64,000 nucleotides of DNA, taken from the NCBI GenBank assembly GCA_030141605.1, contig JAQGDQ010000089.1, positions 186,001 through 250,000 on the forward strand. The letters are read 5' to 3'. Below the pieces are notes generated by a model. That model saw only the letters and a program-made list of their open reading frames with translations. It searched no databases and was not told the DNA's origin. The first letter of the stretch is position 1. Every line of letters starts with the position of its first letter. This document shows, piece by piece, positions 32,601-47,600 of this stretch. The translations under genes were made by a program, and so were the position numbers. Source of the stretch: Tubiluchus corallicola. Taxonomy: Eukaryota > Animalia > Priapulida.

Positions 32601-35600
32601 ACCTGCGCAGCATTATACTTTACAGTTTTAATAGGAGTTTTCATTTTGCTTAGCCGAAGCACCTGTGTTCCGAGAGGAACCACACCCTCTGTACGAATTC
32701 ATTGAGGGTAACGTGGGAGTTATTCACTGTGACACTTTTGCTGCTCCACGTCCGATAACACGATGGTTCAAAGACGGAAAAGAGCTGACTGGTGGCCGGT
32801 TTGATATGCAACCGAACGGAAACTTACACATTGCCAGGGTCTTATTTGATGACGTCGGAAGCTATATGTGCTTATCGTCAAATAAATATGGCACGATAAA
32901 GGTGAAATTTATTGTAACAGTAATATAACTTTTTTATTTTATCAGTATAGTTCCAGGAGATTATGTTACTTTTATGTCATGAGCGATCCTAGCTTACAGT
33001 ATTCATTTTGTTAACTGAATTTCTTTTCCAGTTCATATTTATTGAAGAAGGAAGTCTTTATCTTGTAATTTATATACTTGTGTCATTATCGATTCTAGTA
33101 AATACTTATATGTGCTACCACAGTAGTCTCCCACTCTCATACCACAGTAGTCTACTACTTTCATACCACAGTCTACCATATGATGTGCTACCACCCTCTA
33201 GTCTAGTCAGCAAATGGGTGGATGACCATCCGGGCAATTTTTTCTGCTGTTAGCTACTTTCTCATGAGAGAGGATTTAAATGCATCGAGATAGGATTAAG
33301 CTTTCTCTACCAGTTAGTTCTTCCTCTAAGGATTATCCATGATAATTAGATAATCCAGATCCTCGTCCTTCTCATTCACTGCCATAGATATTTTTTGTTC
33401 TGGTGTTGTATCAAATTCTGAAACTTTTGAATAGTACTTGAATGGCTTTAACATGGCTAATTGAGCCAAGGTTTTTAAAATTTTGACCTGTAGTATATCC
33501 ACAATTTTACTTTGTAAAAAGTGGTATCATTTGGCATGTCTACTTATGTTGGTCGGTAATAGAACATTTTGTTTATTAATATTTATTGTTTGTCTGCTCT
33601 AGGGCACCACTCAGGTTGTGGTGAAACAAAAAACTAAGATATTGAACAGACCACAAGACCTGGAAGTGCGGAAAGGAACAACGGCAACGTTCAGGTGTTC
33701 AGCCGTAGCCGACAAATCCGTTCGACTTGTTATAGGTACATTTTTATTATGCATTCCATTCAAATCTATGACATCCAAAGCATGCTGCCCAAAAGAGTAG
33801 ATTGGACATTAATGTTGCAATGAGTGATTTTGTCTTTTGACGGCTCACCAGAATCATTTAAGCCAAATTTGTATGCGTAAATTATAAGAAATATGTAATC
33901 ATTTGGAAAAAATATCGTTATCTGCAGGAATGGAATTCTGTTTTTACCTTACTTGCTACCTGTGTTATGATGTGTAACATAAGCTTTATGTTGGTGTGGT
34001 TCAATTTTTTCTAAACATTATGCCAGTTTAAGTACATGTGACAATGTTGAAATAAATATTATTGTTTTTGTTTGAGCTGTATTGCACTTTCATTTGAATT
34101 TTTATTTTCATGATCGTTTTCCTACTCTTTCCAACACCTTCCCAACACCTTTTTCTTGAAGAAGCACTAATAGTCATACACCAATCATAAATAGACTGCT
34201 TTGACTTATGGTGCTTCTCAGATTGCACTTTCTTCATAAAACCATCAGCATGTAGTGTGTTGTGTCAGTCACACAATTTGCTTAAAGTAAAGAAAGCAAA
34301 TTCAAAGAGATGCAAGGCTTGAATCCATAACCCATTCATCATGAATCTGGGCTCAATTTTACAAAGCCATCATTATTTCAACGACATCGTTATTAATAGT
34401 TTAGTGAATATAATAATGATGTTGCTAACTTAGTGATGGCTTTGTGAAACCGGCCCCAGGTATCTAATCAGTCTGGTCAAGTTTCACTGAACATAATGAA
34501 GCTATGCACAACACTAACAGTTGTTTTCTTTGTGGTTTTAGAGTGGCAGAAACATGGTGAAGATATCAACTACGCACTGTCACAGAGAATAATAAAGCAT
34601 CCATTGGATAACACATTACTCATCACCAATACGCTAGACGATGATACAGCTGATTATACCTGCATAGCAACCGCGTACAGTAAAAAACAGGGCGATGATG
34701 TTGTTCTGGATGTTGTCACGGCAACGGCCAACCTCACCGTCCAAAGTAAGAGGACAGATACATTAAGTTAAAAGATTAGCTTATTTGATGTCCAATAGTT
34801 TGTTTTGCTTAGTAAAATTTGGTTTCTTATTTTCAAAAAATTATTCATTGCGTTTGCAGTTTTCAAGTTCGTCGGTATAATTGAAATAATTCATATTTTT
34901 CCTGTTATTTAAATTTGTGCTCAAAATTTTAGTGAATTTGAAATCATTCTCTTATTACGTTTGCAATTTGTAGTAACTAATTGCTGTTTAATAAGATAAG
35001 AAATTATTTTTTTGATTTGAAATGAAATAAGAGAGCAGGTATTTCTCGGAAAGGTATGATTGTAATTTACTGTATTTTAATAAGACCTATACTGGAATAC
35101 ACTTGTCCTGCATGGCGTACTTCTTTAACATTAGAACAAACAAAATGAGTAGAGTCAATCCAAAACCATATTTTAAAATCAATTTTCCCCTGCACTCCTT
35201 ATGTAAATACTTTGCAGCTGTCTAAAATTGAATATTTATCTGTTTGTATAAATGACACTTTGCAGAAATTTTTTTAAGTCAATCCAAAATCAAGATAGCA
35301 GACTCCATTATTTGTTACCTAAACGCAATTCTCTTAACCGCAATCTTCGTAAGCCGATGATGTCCCTTATCCTTTTTGCCTTACTTTTAAAAATAGTTTT
35401 ATATCATATATGCCATATGCACTTTTTTATTATCAGTAAGTTTATTACTACTGTATAAATTGTGATACCGAGTTAATCGATTTTAATAAGATTAATCTTG
35501 ACCTAAATTATTGCCTTTTTAATGTAATGTAATTTAATTGTAATTTAAACACCAATGTATCTTAATTAATGTAATATAAGTTATCCTTCAGGTTACAAGA

Positions 35601-38600
35601 TTTTAATAAACTTAGATTAATAACTCATTATTTAATAAACTTATAAACTAGAATGTGATTGAGAGAATGTCTGAAAATGAACCACAGAGGCACAAATATG
35701 ACACTTAGAATGTTCTAGTCATACTTGAAGGCTTTAATATGTTTTTTGCTGTGAGATTTGCATTCTGAAGTTTTTTTGTTCAAATTCAGACTAAACTACA
35801 ATATCTTGGTATTTTTGCTGTCTGTTTGTAAAACCACTTTGTGGGGTGAGTGTAAATTATTTGTTTACAGAAACATGTTTATTAAATTGACAAAAAAGGC
35901 TTTTATAGTTTTCCTTTACGCAGAAATGTACGTTCACCTGTTCTTTTAGGTCCCCCCAATGAAGTGAAAAATGTGAAGCTGAAAAGTTGTGACCGACGGT
36001 CGGCAAATGTGGAGTGGACACCTATGGGCGACAACCGTGCTCCTATTCTTAATTACATTATTCAGTTTAACACATCATTTGAACCGGAAATATTTGTGGA
36101 TTTGGCAGTGAAGGTTCCACCAACAGGTAAAATTTGTTCAACTTTTTTCATTGAAGTGTAACTATTATGGATAGGATAGTTTTACTATCAATTGTATGTT
36201 GGATGTCAAGTACAGGGCTCTTGTCATTAATAAGTTCTATTTTTTGCCAATGAAATTTGTTTTGGCAAAGTGAGTGGAAGTTTTTTCAGTTAGTGAAAAT
36301 TTGTTGAACATGATTGTAGCTCTTAATAGACATCAATTTTACTTACATTTTTAAAATGTGCAAGTTGTTTTCACATCTGTAACCACTATTTCTGAATTCA
36401 TATTTTTTCATGGCATATTTATCTTGGGAAAACTATTTGTTTGCTTCAGAAATAATAATCACTGATCCATTTGACAAGGCTTTGATGAATATATTTGTAC
36501 AAATATTCAAAATATATACGGAACAGCAAAAGCAGAGTACCATTGAATTCAAATTAATGAAGCATAAACACATTAAAATACAATATATATTTATTAAACT
36601 GTATTTCTAACGTAAAGTAATTTACTTTGTGAAAATTTTGTGGTATTAAAATTTAACCTTTGGGTTATAAGATTTTTTGGCTAAAATTTCAGTTCCCCAC
36701 ACACAAGAAATTACTTCGTGAAGCAGAACAAAAGCAGAGTACTATTGCACTTAAATTTATGAAGCACCAGCATTACGTTAAAATACAAAATACATTGATT
36801 AAACTGTATTTTTAATGTTATGTACTTTATATTGTAAAAATTTAGTGTGTATTGAAATTTAACCTTTGTGTTATGATTTTTTTGGCTAAAATTTACAATT
36901 CCCCACACACAAGAAATCAGTTCGTGAAGCAGATTAGAATTAGGATTAAAGTTAGAGTTGGGATTAAGGTTAGGGTTAGCGTTATTGTTAGGGCATTTAA
37001 ATTGTGTTGGGAATTGTAAACTCCTTCCGGTTTTTTTGATAAACTTATTTTTAATGTGAAGGCGAGACTATAACATTCGATTATAGTACTAGTGCACCAC
37101 ATTATTGCCTGTTAGATATTATACTTTCGTCCCCTTAATTTTTTTGCTCATAACTTATTTGGTGCTTTGTTACTTTAAAAAACTGAAATGTCTCTTTTAT
37201 TTATGATTTTAGCAAGAGAAGCAAACCTACAGCTTTCTCCGTGGGCAAACTACACGTTCCGGGTGATAGCGAAGAACAAGATTGGCAACAGTATTCCTAG
37301 CGAGGTGACAAAAGTTTGTCTGACTCCGCCTGCTACACCCGATAAGCACCCGGAAAACGTGCGCGGTAATGGAACACGTCCGGACAACATGGTGGTGTGG
37401 TGGACGGTATGTTAGATTCCAGTCTACTTTTTTCATTTTGTAAGATGAAGATTATTTTCGAATCTATAGTATGCTTCTGTTTTTAGCCTTTGTGCTGCTT
37501 GCCAGACTACTTTTTTCTGTACAAATTGTACCAAATAAGATCTCTGGCCACTGTGGGTAACAGGATTTTAAAGAAATTGTGTAAATAATTCCAGAATAAC
37601 TTGGAATTATGTTTCTAATGATAGGCGGTACCCATAGCAGTTGACATTGTACTCAATACCAACTGATCTTCTGGTAGATGATTTCACAGATAAGAAGCCA
37701 AAGCAAAAAGCTAGGTTTATTAGTAGTTGATTTGTATCTGTAAATGTCCATAATAAAAGTATGAAAGGCTGTAGCAAAACGGGTTCTACAAATCATTTGT
37801 AGCATTTTGGAACCAACGACATTATGTCCAGAAGGTTATCGTGATAGTTTTGCTTCATTGTTATATCTTCTGTGTCACTGGATACCTGATTGGGAATACG
37901 AATCCTGTCAACACAAACATTTTATTTTTTTCAGCCGATGACATACTTAGAACAGAATGGGCCGGGATTCCGTTATCTTGTTCGATGGAAGCGGCACAGT
38001 GAGCCGGATTCTCCATGGCAGACCCAGAACATCAACGATGCACGGAATAGCTCTTATGTAGTCTGGGGGACATATACGTATGAAGCTTACGACATTCAGG
38101 TGTTAGCTGTGAATGTAAATGGAGAAGCACCTGTTACGCCTGTCACTGTAGTTGGATATTCTGGGGAAGACAGTAAGTATGACGTGGTGGTATTACTAAC
38201 CTAATTTGCTTAATTTTCTGACTGTTTAAATGTACTTGAGCATGAAAAATCTAATGACTCAAGACGCTGTCACCCCTGTGGCAGAAGTGAGTGCTTCAAT
38301 TTTTATTTTAACGCTAAGCTGTATTAGTCGATAGACTCGCACATTTTTGCAGGGTCAATGGCATTCTGTTATGGAACAGAGATGTTGTGTTCTGTTTCAA
38401 GTTTGAGCATTAAGACATCATTAAATTTCGACAGTTGAGTGCTAGTCTAATAATGGAAAACATTAAAATTATTTAATATACGTTTGTTTATGATATTGTT
38501 ATTCTAGTCTTGATTATAAGCATACCAAGATTTAAAAAATAAACAAAATGAACAGACCCACAGTCAATGAATTTTAAAACAAAACTTGAGATGGAAAAAA

Positions 38601-41600
38601 GAAAATATAAAAAAGTCGAGTCTGATTTTGAACCAGGGACTTTCGGATTAGAAGTCCAGTTTCATAACCACTGGACAACTCATTCTCTGTGATCAGGCCT
38701 TTCTTGAATCTTAATAATTCAACCATTTTAATAAATTGAAAGGAATGAAGGTTACTTTTGTCAGTGTTATTACCTCATCTCACATAAACTATTAATGTGA
38801 TATTTTATCTTGTTTAGAACCAGTCGTCATTGTACAGAACTTGAGGTTGGTTGATGTTTTGGGTTCTAGATCAGCCAGTTTCACTTGGAGTCCTGTTGAT
38901 CCAAGCCCAGATAATATTAAAGGAAAATTTCTTGGTTATAAGGTGAGTAATAAACTATGCTTATAGAGTTGCGATCTGTTTCGCTTTAGTGAAAGCAGTC
39001 ACAAAAGTATTTATTTGTAGGCACTTTGACAGTGCACTTAAAGCAGAATAAAGATATATTTCTACTATTATTCAATTATTATAGTTACAGCTAACAAATT
39101 GGTACTGCTTTTACTTCATGCTGTTTCTCCCTTGCTATGCTTTGCTTCACCTTGTTTTTTCTCTTTTGCATTTCTACTAGTTAATTAATTTCTCATCAAA
39201 ATTCTGGAATTCGGAGAAAATCAACGATTTTGGGGGATAGCCCTTCCTTTTTATCCCTCACAACCCTTACACTTTTTTGATTGTCTGTTGGTGTAGTGCA
39301 TTGGTTTAGGCAAATGAGTGTTTGTATTGAGACTTGATCTTGGTGCTGCACTTTGCTATATTGAGAAACCATGGATGATGTGTAAAAAAGACTGAGATTT
39401 CAAAGCTTTTTTTCTAGTGCAATACATTGTTGCCGCTGTTAAGTTTACAGACTAATCTTGTTTTATTTAATGCAGTATTTAATTTAACCAAATGCTATTG
39501 CGAATCTTCACAACAATTTTCATAAACAACGACATTTAACCATATCCTTCTAGTCTGGAGATTAATTCCTGTTGCCAATGGGTGTACTTGTCTGCTTGTA
39601 TATATGCTTTGTACGTATATTATTCAATGCCATATGTATATAGTAAGTGATAATTGCAAATAAACAGATGGCTTCTGATGTGTTTAGTGGTCGCATATAG
39701 TAATTCTATTTCCATTTTTTTATTTACGTCATCCATTTCTATTTCTTTTTTCTATTATGGATTTTTTTTGTTGTACCACTTCTTTATTCACCTTTATTTC
39801 TCTGTCTCTGTTTCTACTTGACGTTTTTTCCTTTCTTTCGCACATATTGTTATTGACACACTTTGTCAATAAAAAACTCCATCACCATTAGAATGCCTAC
39901 GTCATAAGCAATTAGAATATGTCCTAATATCAGTTTTATACATAGCTGTTGCCCTGACGCCTTTGCTGGGACAGCTGTGAAGGAGACATTCACACAGCTG
40001 TAGAACCAGGGATAGTTGTGAAAACGTTAGCATGACTGTGAGATTGCGCACACTTAACTATTCGTCTGTTAACTGTGATGTATTTTTACAGATACAAGCC
40101 TGGGTAGCCTCAGAAGGAATGGAGAACGTACGTGAAGTGCGTGCAGGTCCCAATGATACAATGGCAACCATAGATGTCTTACAGCCATACTCGGATATTC
40201 TGGCACAGATATTTGTTTATAATAATCAATATGATGGTGATCCTGGACAGACAATAAGCTTTAAAACTCCCGGGGGAAGTGAGTGTTCTTTGTGAATTAA
40301 TCAGTTTTTTGCTTGCTTGTTTTGAAAGCAAATTTGATTTAATTGCAAACACCTTGCAATTTTGTTGCACGTTTTTAGGAAGAATGCTAGCCTCTTTACA
40401 ACAAGAAATTTATGACCTTTAGATTTCCGTGTTCATGTTTTTGATTTGCAATAAATTGTAGCAGAGGATAAACACAAACTAGTTGATTAATATTTACTAT
40501 TTGATTCATTGTTTGTTTCAGCATCAGGATCAGTAGCAAATTTTGTCCTGACTCCACTCAGTTCCAATGCCATGTTGCTGGAGTGGGATTATCCATTGGA
40601 ACCCAATGGAATTATTATCGGTTATCGCATTGCATATCAGACTGTGCATGGTACTAAGATAGGTATGGTTGTTAAGTTCATGTCCAAACCTGTAGATGTT
40701 GGAATTACATAACTGAACTGTTCAGTCGACTTTTGGGTAACAAACAATTTCAGCAAATCTTTATCAACAGCAATTATTTGTTTTATAAAATATAAAAAAA
40801 AATTTTGTTTGAAACCTGTCTACAGTTACCGGTCTGCAGGTAACTGAAGTTAGGCAGTGCTGAACCTGGTTAGTAAATTTATAGGTGACTGCCTGGAAAC
40901 TGTGCTTGGTCAGTCTTGTCTGCCATCTGCCCTTGGCTGTTTATATCACTGAGTAAGGGTGTATATTCATGCAAATGCAGTTGACACACGTGCCTCAGTA
41001 CCTTATCTTAAATCTAATTAGCTGTGTTCTGGTCCTACTGCCACCGTCTGATTAAGTAAGCTGTTGGCCTGTCATTGAATTCTGAATACTTGGCTTGCAG
41101 GGTGCTAAACTATGTAAGAAGAGTTATATCTAACATTGTGTGAACAGCCTGAAAATCTGCAAACTGAGAAGTATGCATGTAAAAATAGTAGATAAGGATA
41201 ATTCCCTAGGAATTCCTCGTCTTATTACTTCTGCGCCAAACAGTTTCTACATTAGTGAAATTGTGAACTAAGATAGGGAATGATTTTTTGAAACTTCACT
41301 GCGTTCGTTTTTTGCCCTTTGCATTTCTTGGTGCAAAACTAAGCATGTTTAACTGTAGTACTTTAATTTATGTGTGTAGGTAAAATGATGTTTCGGGAAC
41401 CGGATATCTACAATCCACTTCAATTTTCTGTCAAACTTGCTGGTTTGGAGGCAGAGACCAAGTATCGTGTGACCATCTGGCCGCTGACGTATGCCGGCGT
41501 AGGGGAGCCATACTTCATTGAGAGGTCGACATTAACTGGTGGAAGTAAGTCGACTTTTTTAACAAGTTCCGCTGATGAGAACTTATTCTGTTAGATGTAG

Positions 41601-44600
41601 GTCCTTTGTAGAATACGATTTCTTTTGATTAAAGTTTTTTCATTTTTTATTTTGGTTCTGAAGTTTTTTTTTCTGGAGAGTGTAAGGCTTGTACTAAATG
41701 TTTGCTCAATTTGCCATGTGAATTTACAGTGTTTTGCACAAATAGAAAAACTTGTTTATTTCAGCTTTTCTTCAGGCACAAAGTTTCTCCTTTTCGGAAA
41801 ACATGGTTCTTGAGTGGCTTTAGCAAAAGAAAGTTAAATTAAATTTGTTTATTTTGGTAAGGTTGTTTTAACCGATAGACAACTATAAGAAAGGGTTTAG
41901 AAATCCAAAATATGTGGAATTAAAAACGAAAACCTGTATCTTCACAATTAATAGATGAAATTTACTTCCCAAGTTATTTTCCTAACACAGTTTATTGATT
42001 TTTTATGATTCTGTGTTTTCTGCTTACCAGTGACATAGCAGTCTTTATAACTTCTAAGTTTGCTATTTATGCTGATAATATCGGTTTCTGTAATGCTTTC
42101 CTCACTGGATAACTTCCGATTAGGAGCATCCGTTTGAATAGGGGTGGACCTGAGATTATCTTATTATACAACACAACTCATTCTATAATGTTTGTCTTAA
42201 CAAATCCACTGTACAGCCTTGTATGAAGTACAACAGCTAGATTAGCTTGTTGTATAAGGAAAAAAGATGAACTTGTAACTTTCCCTCATCATTGCAAGGC
42301 ATGTCTGGTGTACATATAGGTGTTTTGTCTTCTGATCTGTGATATTTCCTTGTGCACACATGATAGATAGGGAAAGTATTCTACTCTAAGAACATAAAAA
42401 AGTTCAAGCTTGTATTGTATTGGAAAATATTTAAGTCCTTACTTTATAATCTGTGTTTTTATAAATCAACTGCAACTTTATGTAAACTACAACAGTTATA
42501 ACTTGTTGACCCATTTGACAGATTATGAAAATCATCAGCACAATCACGTTATGAATTCATTTGGGTCTAATTTGGTGTCAGTGTTGCATTCTCTTGCTGA
42601 TCAAAACAGCCATACGTTGTTATATTATGCATTTTTTATTGATATTTCTGAATGCATACAGTTCACTTTCTCACCTGGATTTTGTCTAGATGTAGAACAG
42701 CTACGCATGAATTCAGTTTTTTCTTTGTGCTTCTCATTTGTCAAATTTTTACCAGAAAATTGTTTCCTTGTTAAGTACAACCTTATTTTCTTCAAAAAGA
42801 ACAAAAGCAAATGCCTCCCATTGATGTCTGGTTCTCATTTGTTTGAGAAAATTTGCATTAAAAAACTGGCGATTTGTAAACATGACCAAAATTACATTGT
42901 AAAGTTGAATGTTCTACTTTAAGGAAACTTTATTGTAAAAACTAACCTGCATGCTACATGTAAGATGGTTTTGTTGTTATGTAGTTCCAGCAATGCCAAC
43001 ATTGACAGTTTTGGGAAGAAACGAGTCGCACGTGAACATCTCTTGGTTTTCTCCTCAGCAAAGAGATCGTCAGGCAGCATCCATTTTCTATGTAAAGTAT
43101 CGTCGTTACGGACAAGAGCAGTGGCACAGTACTGTAGATGAAGTTATTAATGAGTGGATTACAGTATCGGATCTTGAACCGGGAACGTCGTACCAGATGA
43201 GTGTAATAGCGGTAAATGACGAGTTCGAATCAGGAAGTGCACCTATAGACGTATGGACTCAAGGTTCAAGTGAGTAGCGATTTCTTTTGCTGATACGTAA
43301 TTTGTTTTCTTGTGATCAATTAAGAGAAGTTTTGTATGACTTTTTTTCAAGTACACATCAACAATCTTAAATGCACATAATTTATTATTGTATTTGCTGG
43401 CACGTTTGTTTATGTTAGTGAAACATGATATGCAATTTCTTTTTAATATATTGACAATGTTAAAACATCTATATTAACATTGTTTGGGATGCTTATAAAG
43501 TTTCGTATAATGATTTTCAACTTTTGGGCTAACAAACTGGTGTCATTACTGCAATCAATACTAATGTTAGAGAAAGCAAACTTCTGACTTATAGTTTTAA
43601 TAATTGTTATGTTTATTAACAGAAATATGATAAGATAATAAATCTTGAATCTCAAGTTATGTTATGTTATGTTATGTTATGTTATGTTATGTTATGTTAT
43701 GTTATGTTATGTTATGTTATGTTATGTTATGTTATGTTATGTTAGTAACAACTGCTCGAGTTGTATTTGCTTTGGTTTTTTTACCCAAGTTTGGCGTGAT
43801 TCTTCAAAATCGAGTAATGTACCATTTCGACGTAATATATATTATCTTCATTTATAAAATATTTACCATGTCATATTTTAAAATTTTTCTTGTCATACCT
43901 TTGCATCGCTTGTAATTTTTGAAATTATTAATAAAATGTACAAAAACCTACATCTGTGTGATATTTAAATCAATACAAGAGGTAGGTAGGTGGTGGCCAT
44001 ATGATAATGCCATCATAATGCAAGGTAGGTAGGTCATCCAAATCGTCCGAATGCTTGATATCATTATATGTGGATAACCTTTACGTGTCGTTTACAGAAG
44101 AGCTGTTATTGTACATTCTAAGCTTAATTAAATGTTTTGCAGGAAGTGAGATCGGTGATGATTCAGCAGTCGCATCAGCCGGATGGTTTGTGGGAATGAT
44201 GATCGCACTGGTGCTTCTGATCTGTATTGCTGTGTTGGTTTGTCTGGTGAAGAGATGGAGGGATAGTCATTATCACGGTGAGTAATGCATTAAGCAAGAT
44301 AGATTACAGAAAGTTTGAGCAAATTTGTAATACAGTAGGTGCCGATTAATAGACTCACTTTGCGATGGAAGAGTTTTGACCCAATTATCTGACTGAATCT
44401 GTTAGCCGATTGTATGTAGTATAACTAATGTAGATGAACGAGTCATCACTCCTCACTTTCATATGCACTGCAGAGGCTGCGAGAGCTTTATATATTGGCA
44501 GGTTTTTATGCTTATGCTCCATTTTTCAATGTTAACTCTTGCTTTTAGTTCCTCTATGATGCTTACACTTGTAAAGTCACAAGGAATACTGGCATATTAC

Positions 44601-47600
44601 TGCCGCTGCATCAGTGGCATAACAGCAACAGGTAACTGATTAAAAATTCTGTGAAAAGAGCTTCAGAAGGAAACTGCTAGGCATGTAATTAAAAGTTTAG
44701 CTTCATAAATTCCTGTACAACAAGGTTAATTGCAGCGGATGAGCAGTTGACATATTCGAAGCAAAAACATGTTACTAGCATATCAGTGATGTCAATTCTC
44801 GACAGTTTTTATATACATTTGAATAGGAGTGGTTTGTTTCAGACGTTTTTCAGTCAATTAGGCGTCTGATTCTATTAACCCTCAGTCTGTTAAACAGCAC
44901 CCACCGTATTGTGATACACCAGTGTGGTGTAATAGACTCAGCTAAGAAAATATTCTGCATGGTATTTGTAGTCCTTGAATATGTTATCCTATGCCACATG
45001 TTATTTATGTTATTATGAAAAATCCAAAGCTTCGGGGAAAGTCTCTTCTGATGTTTTATATTTCTGTCTTTACGGTCACATTTAGTTTTAAAAGCTTAAT
45101 AATTGTTGGTTTGTTTCATTACCATAACAAGTGTTACCTAGCCTAAATGTGGGCTGCCTGTGACTTCTGTGGTACATTGTAACCATTTGTATTAGGTTTC
45201 CTGAAACACTAATTATGTATGTTTACCTTATATTGGTTTCTTGTTGCTGTAGATTTTTTTCTAGTTTAATAATGTACATTATTGTTGAAGTGCCGTATTT
45301 GTACAGTCTGCTGACATTGTCCCAAGCTTTAGCTTTTTTCGTTTTTAATTTAGTCTTTTTATTTTAAATTTTTATTTTTTATTGGTTTTCCAACATTAAA
45401 TTACTAGTCTTTTGCTTATTTAAATTTATGATTTTGTTTACATTTTTGTATACCTAACATGTTTACAATGAATGTGTTTTTTTACGTGCAGGCGTCCCAG
45501 ATTCAGACCCCGATGATACAAACTGGTCAAATAAGGGATTGGGTAACATGCGTATGTGTTACATATGTGTTTTTACTGGGCTTAGACAAATTTCATTCTT
45601 TTTCTATTAGGCAAAGACTGGCTTCATTTAGACATTGATAGTTTCCTTGGCTGTTATTTTTGTGGTGTTTTGCCTTTCTGTTTGTCTAGGTTGTCTTGGT
45701 TAGTTATTGAATTTAATAAATCTCTAAGCTCTGTTTGCTGGTACATATGTAAATGCACGCTTTTGTTGCACTGTCCCAAGTAACTGCACATTGATGGAAG
45801 GTTTGAAATTTCACTGTTTTTTTATAGTAGATTGTCTTTTACTAACATTTGTTCGTGAATCAGTTCATAATTGAGGTTAACTCCTGTTCAGTTTTGTCTT
45901 TCGTTATACTGGTTTAGTATTGCATCTTGGTAAATCTGTACGGCACTGCCCTCTTAATAACAGAACAAGTATATCTTTTGAGGCAACACAAATATGTCAA
46001 AAGTAGTCTTGAAGCATAGGATTACTTGTTTCCTTTTTGAAGTACTACCATGGCATAATATTCTTGTGACATGGTAGCAGTTTCTTAACTTCTCTACAAG
46101 CCAAGCTACAGCCATTTTTCAAAATTAGCTGTTGTAAAAATTGAGCGATGGTCGCAGATGCACACACTTATGTTTTTCTCGAATGTGTTTGTAAAATGTA
46201 CGAACTTCAGTAACACACTGTTTCAGATGATTTCACCATTTCCTTCAAGCCATTCATTTCTTCTGCAGTGGTACTCTATTGTGATATCACAATGTAAAAA
46301 ACACTCCATACCACCCACACCATGCCACAAGACAACAGCAACTATAAAAACATTTTATACAATGTTGAAACTGCATGACGAATGCTAATAAATCTATCCA
46401 TTGATGATCAATAATGCGCAAAGATTTTACATAATATTTGCTTTCTTCTCCTGAAATTATGGTAATAAAACAGCTGTTAAAATACACACATTTACAGTTG
46501 CCTTGAATCTAAATTTCTGTGAAAGTTTAGCGATGCATTGGTTGTCTCACAATGAGTAAATGACAGAGTTTTGTATTACATGAAAAATGAAAATGAAACT
46601 GGCATCGTGGCAAATGCCTATTTATAGAGGTTATTTTTTATAAAGGCTACATTGCAAGCAAGTAACCCAGAAATAAAAAGGATGTTGACTGGACTTCTAT
46701 GATTGTTAGGTACCATGCTTGGACTTCCACAATTGTTAAGGTACCATAACTGGACTTTCGTGACTGTTAAGGTATCATGACTGGAACTTTGTGATAGCTA
46801 AGGTATCACTACTGGACTTCCATTATTGTTAAGATACCTTTACTGAACTTCCAAGATTGTTAAGATACCTTTACTGGACTTCCAAGATTGCTAAAGTAAT
46901 ATGAGGGCATCCATGACTGTTTAGGTAGCATGACCAAAATTCCATAATTGTTAAGGTACTATGACTGGACTTCAATGTTTGTTGAGGTACTATGAGGGCT
47001 TCCATGATTTTTAAGGTACCATGATAGGACTTTCGTGATTGTTAAGGTACCATGACTGGACTTTCATGATTGTTAAGGTACCATGTCTGGACTTCCATGA
47101 TTGTTAAGGTACCATGACTGGATTTCCATGTTTGTTAAAGCACCATGAGTAGACCATCCATGATACATATAGCAATGGATAGACATCATGTTTTAAATTC
47201 CCAGCTCTTGAGTGTTCTGTTTCGAATTTAAACTTTGCTCGTGAGCAGTGTCACATACAAGTCTCAATATCCGGTTTACCAGTTAAATGTATTTCTTGGC
47301 ATCTCCATCTCTTTGCTTGTCATTACTACTTAAGTATAAGGCTGCTTAAGTATTTGTCTGATAATTGTTGCTGTCTGGTTTGTCCAGCTTATTATGTAAT
47401 TTACTGCTCAATTTTTCACAGATTTCTTTGAACTGTTAGGATCAGAGATTGATCCATTGATTGATTTTTATAATATTGCAGGTATTCTTGATTGGAACAA
47501 AATTCTGTCGCAGTCAAAGTTAATACATGCTGATCTAGTGATGTTTATTTGCCAAATGTTCTGTATGTGTGGCTTATGTTGACGAATCATCTTTGTGAAC

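Noticed and set aside
42410-42922. 170-aa + strand ORF in an L1-gene intron
   Set aside because: Low-complexity AT-rich translation, no ATG-based start context and no domain. The flanking exons already join in phase.
43645-43915. ORFs with MLCYV repeats
   Set aside because: They are translations of the (GTTAT)n microsatellite.
46686-47165. 31-bp periodic repeat resembling a CRISPR array in unit length
   Set aside because: Units are contiguous with no unique spacers, there are no cas genes, and the context is a eukaryotic intron. It is a minisatellite.
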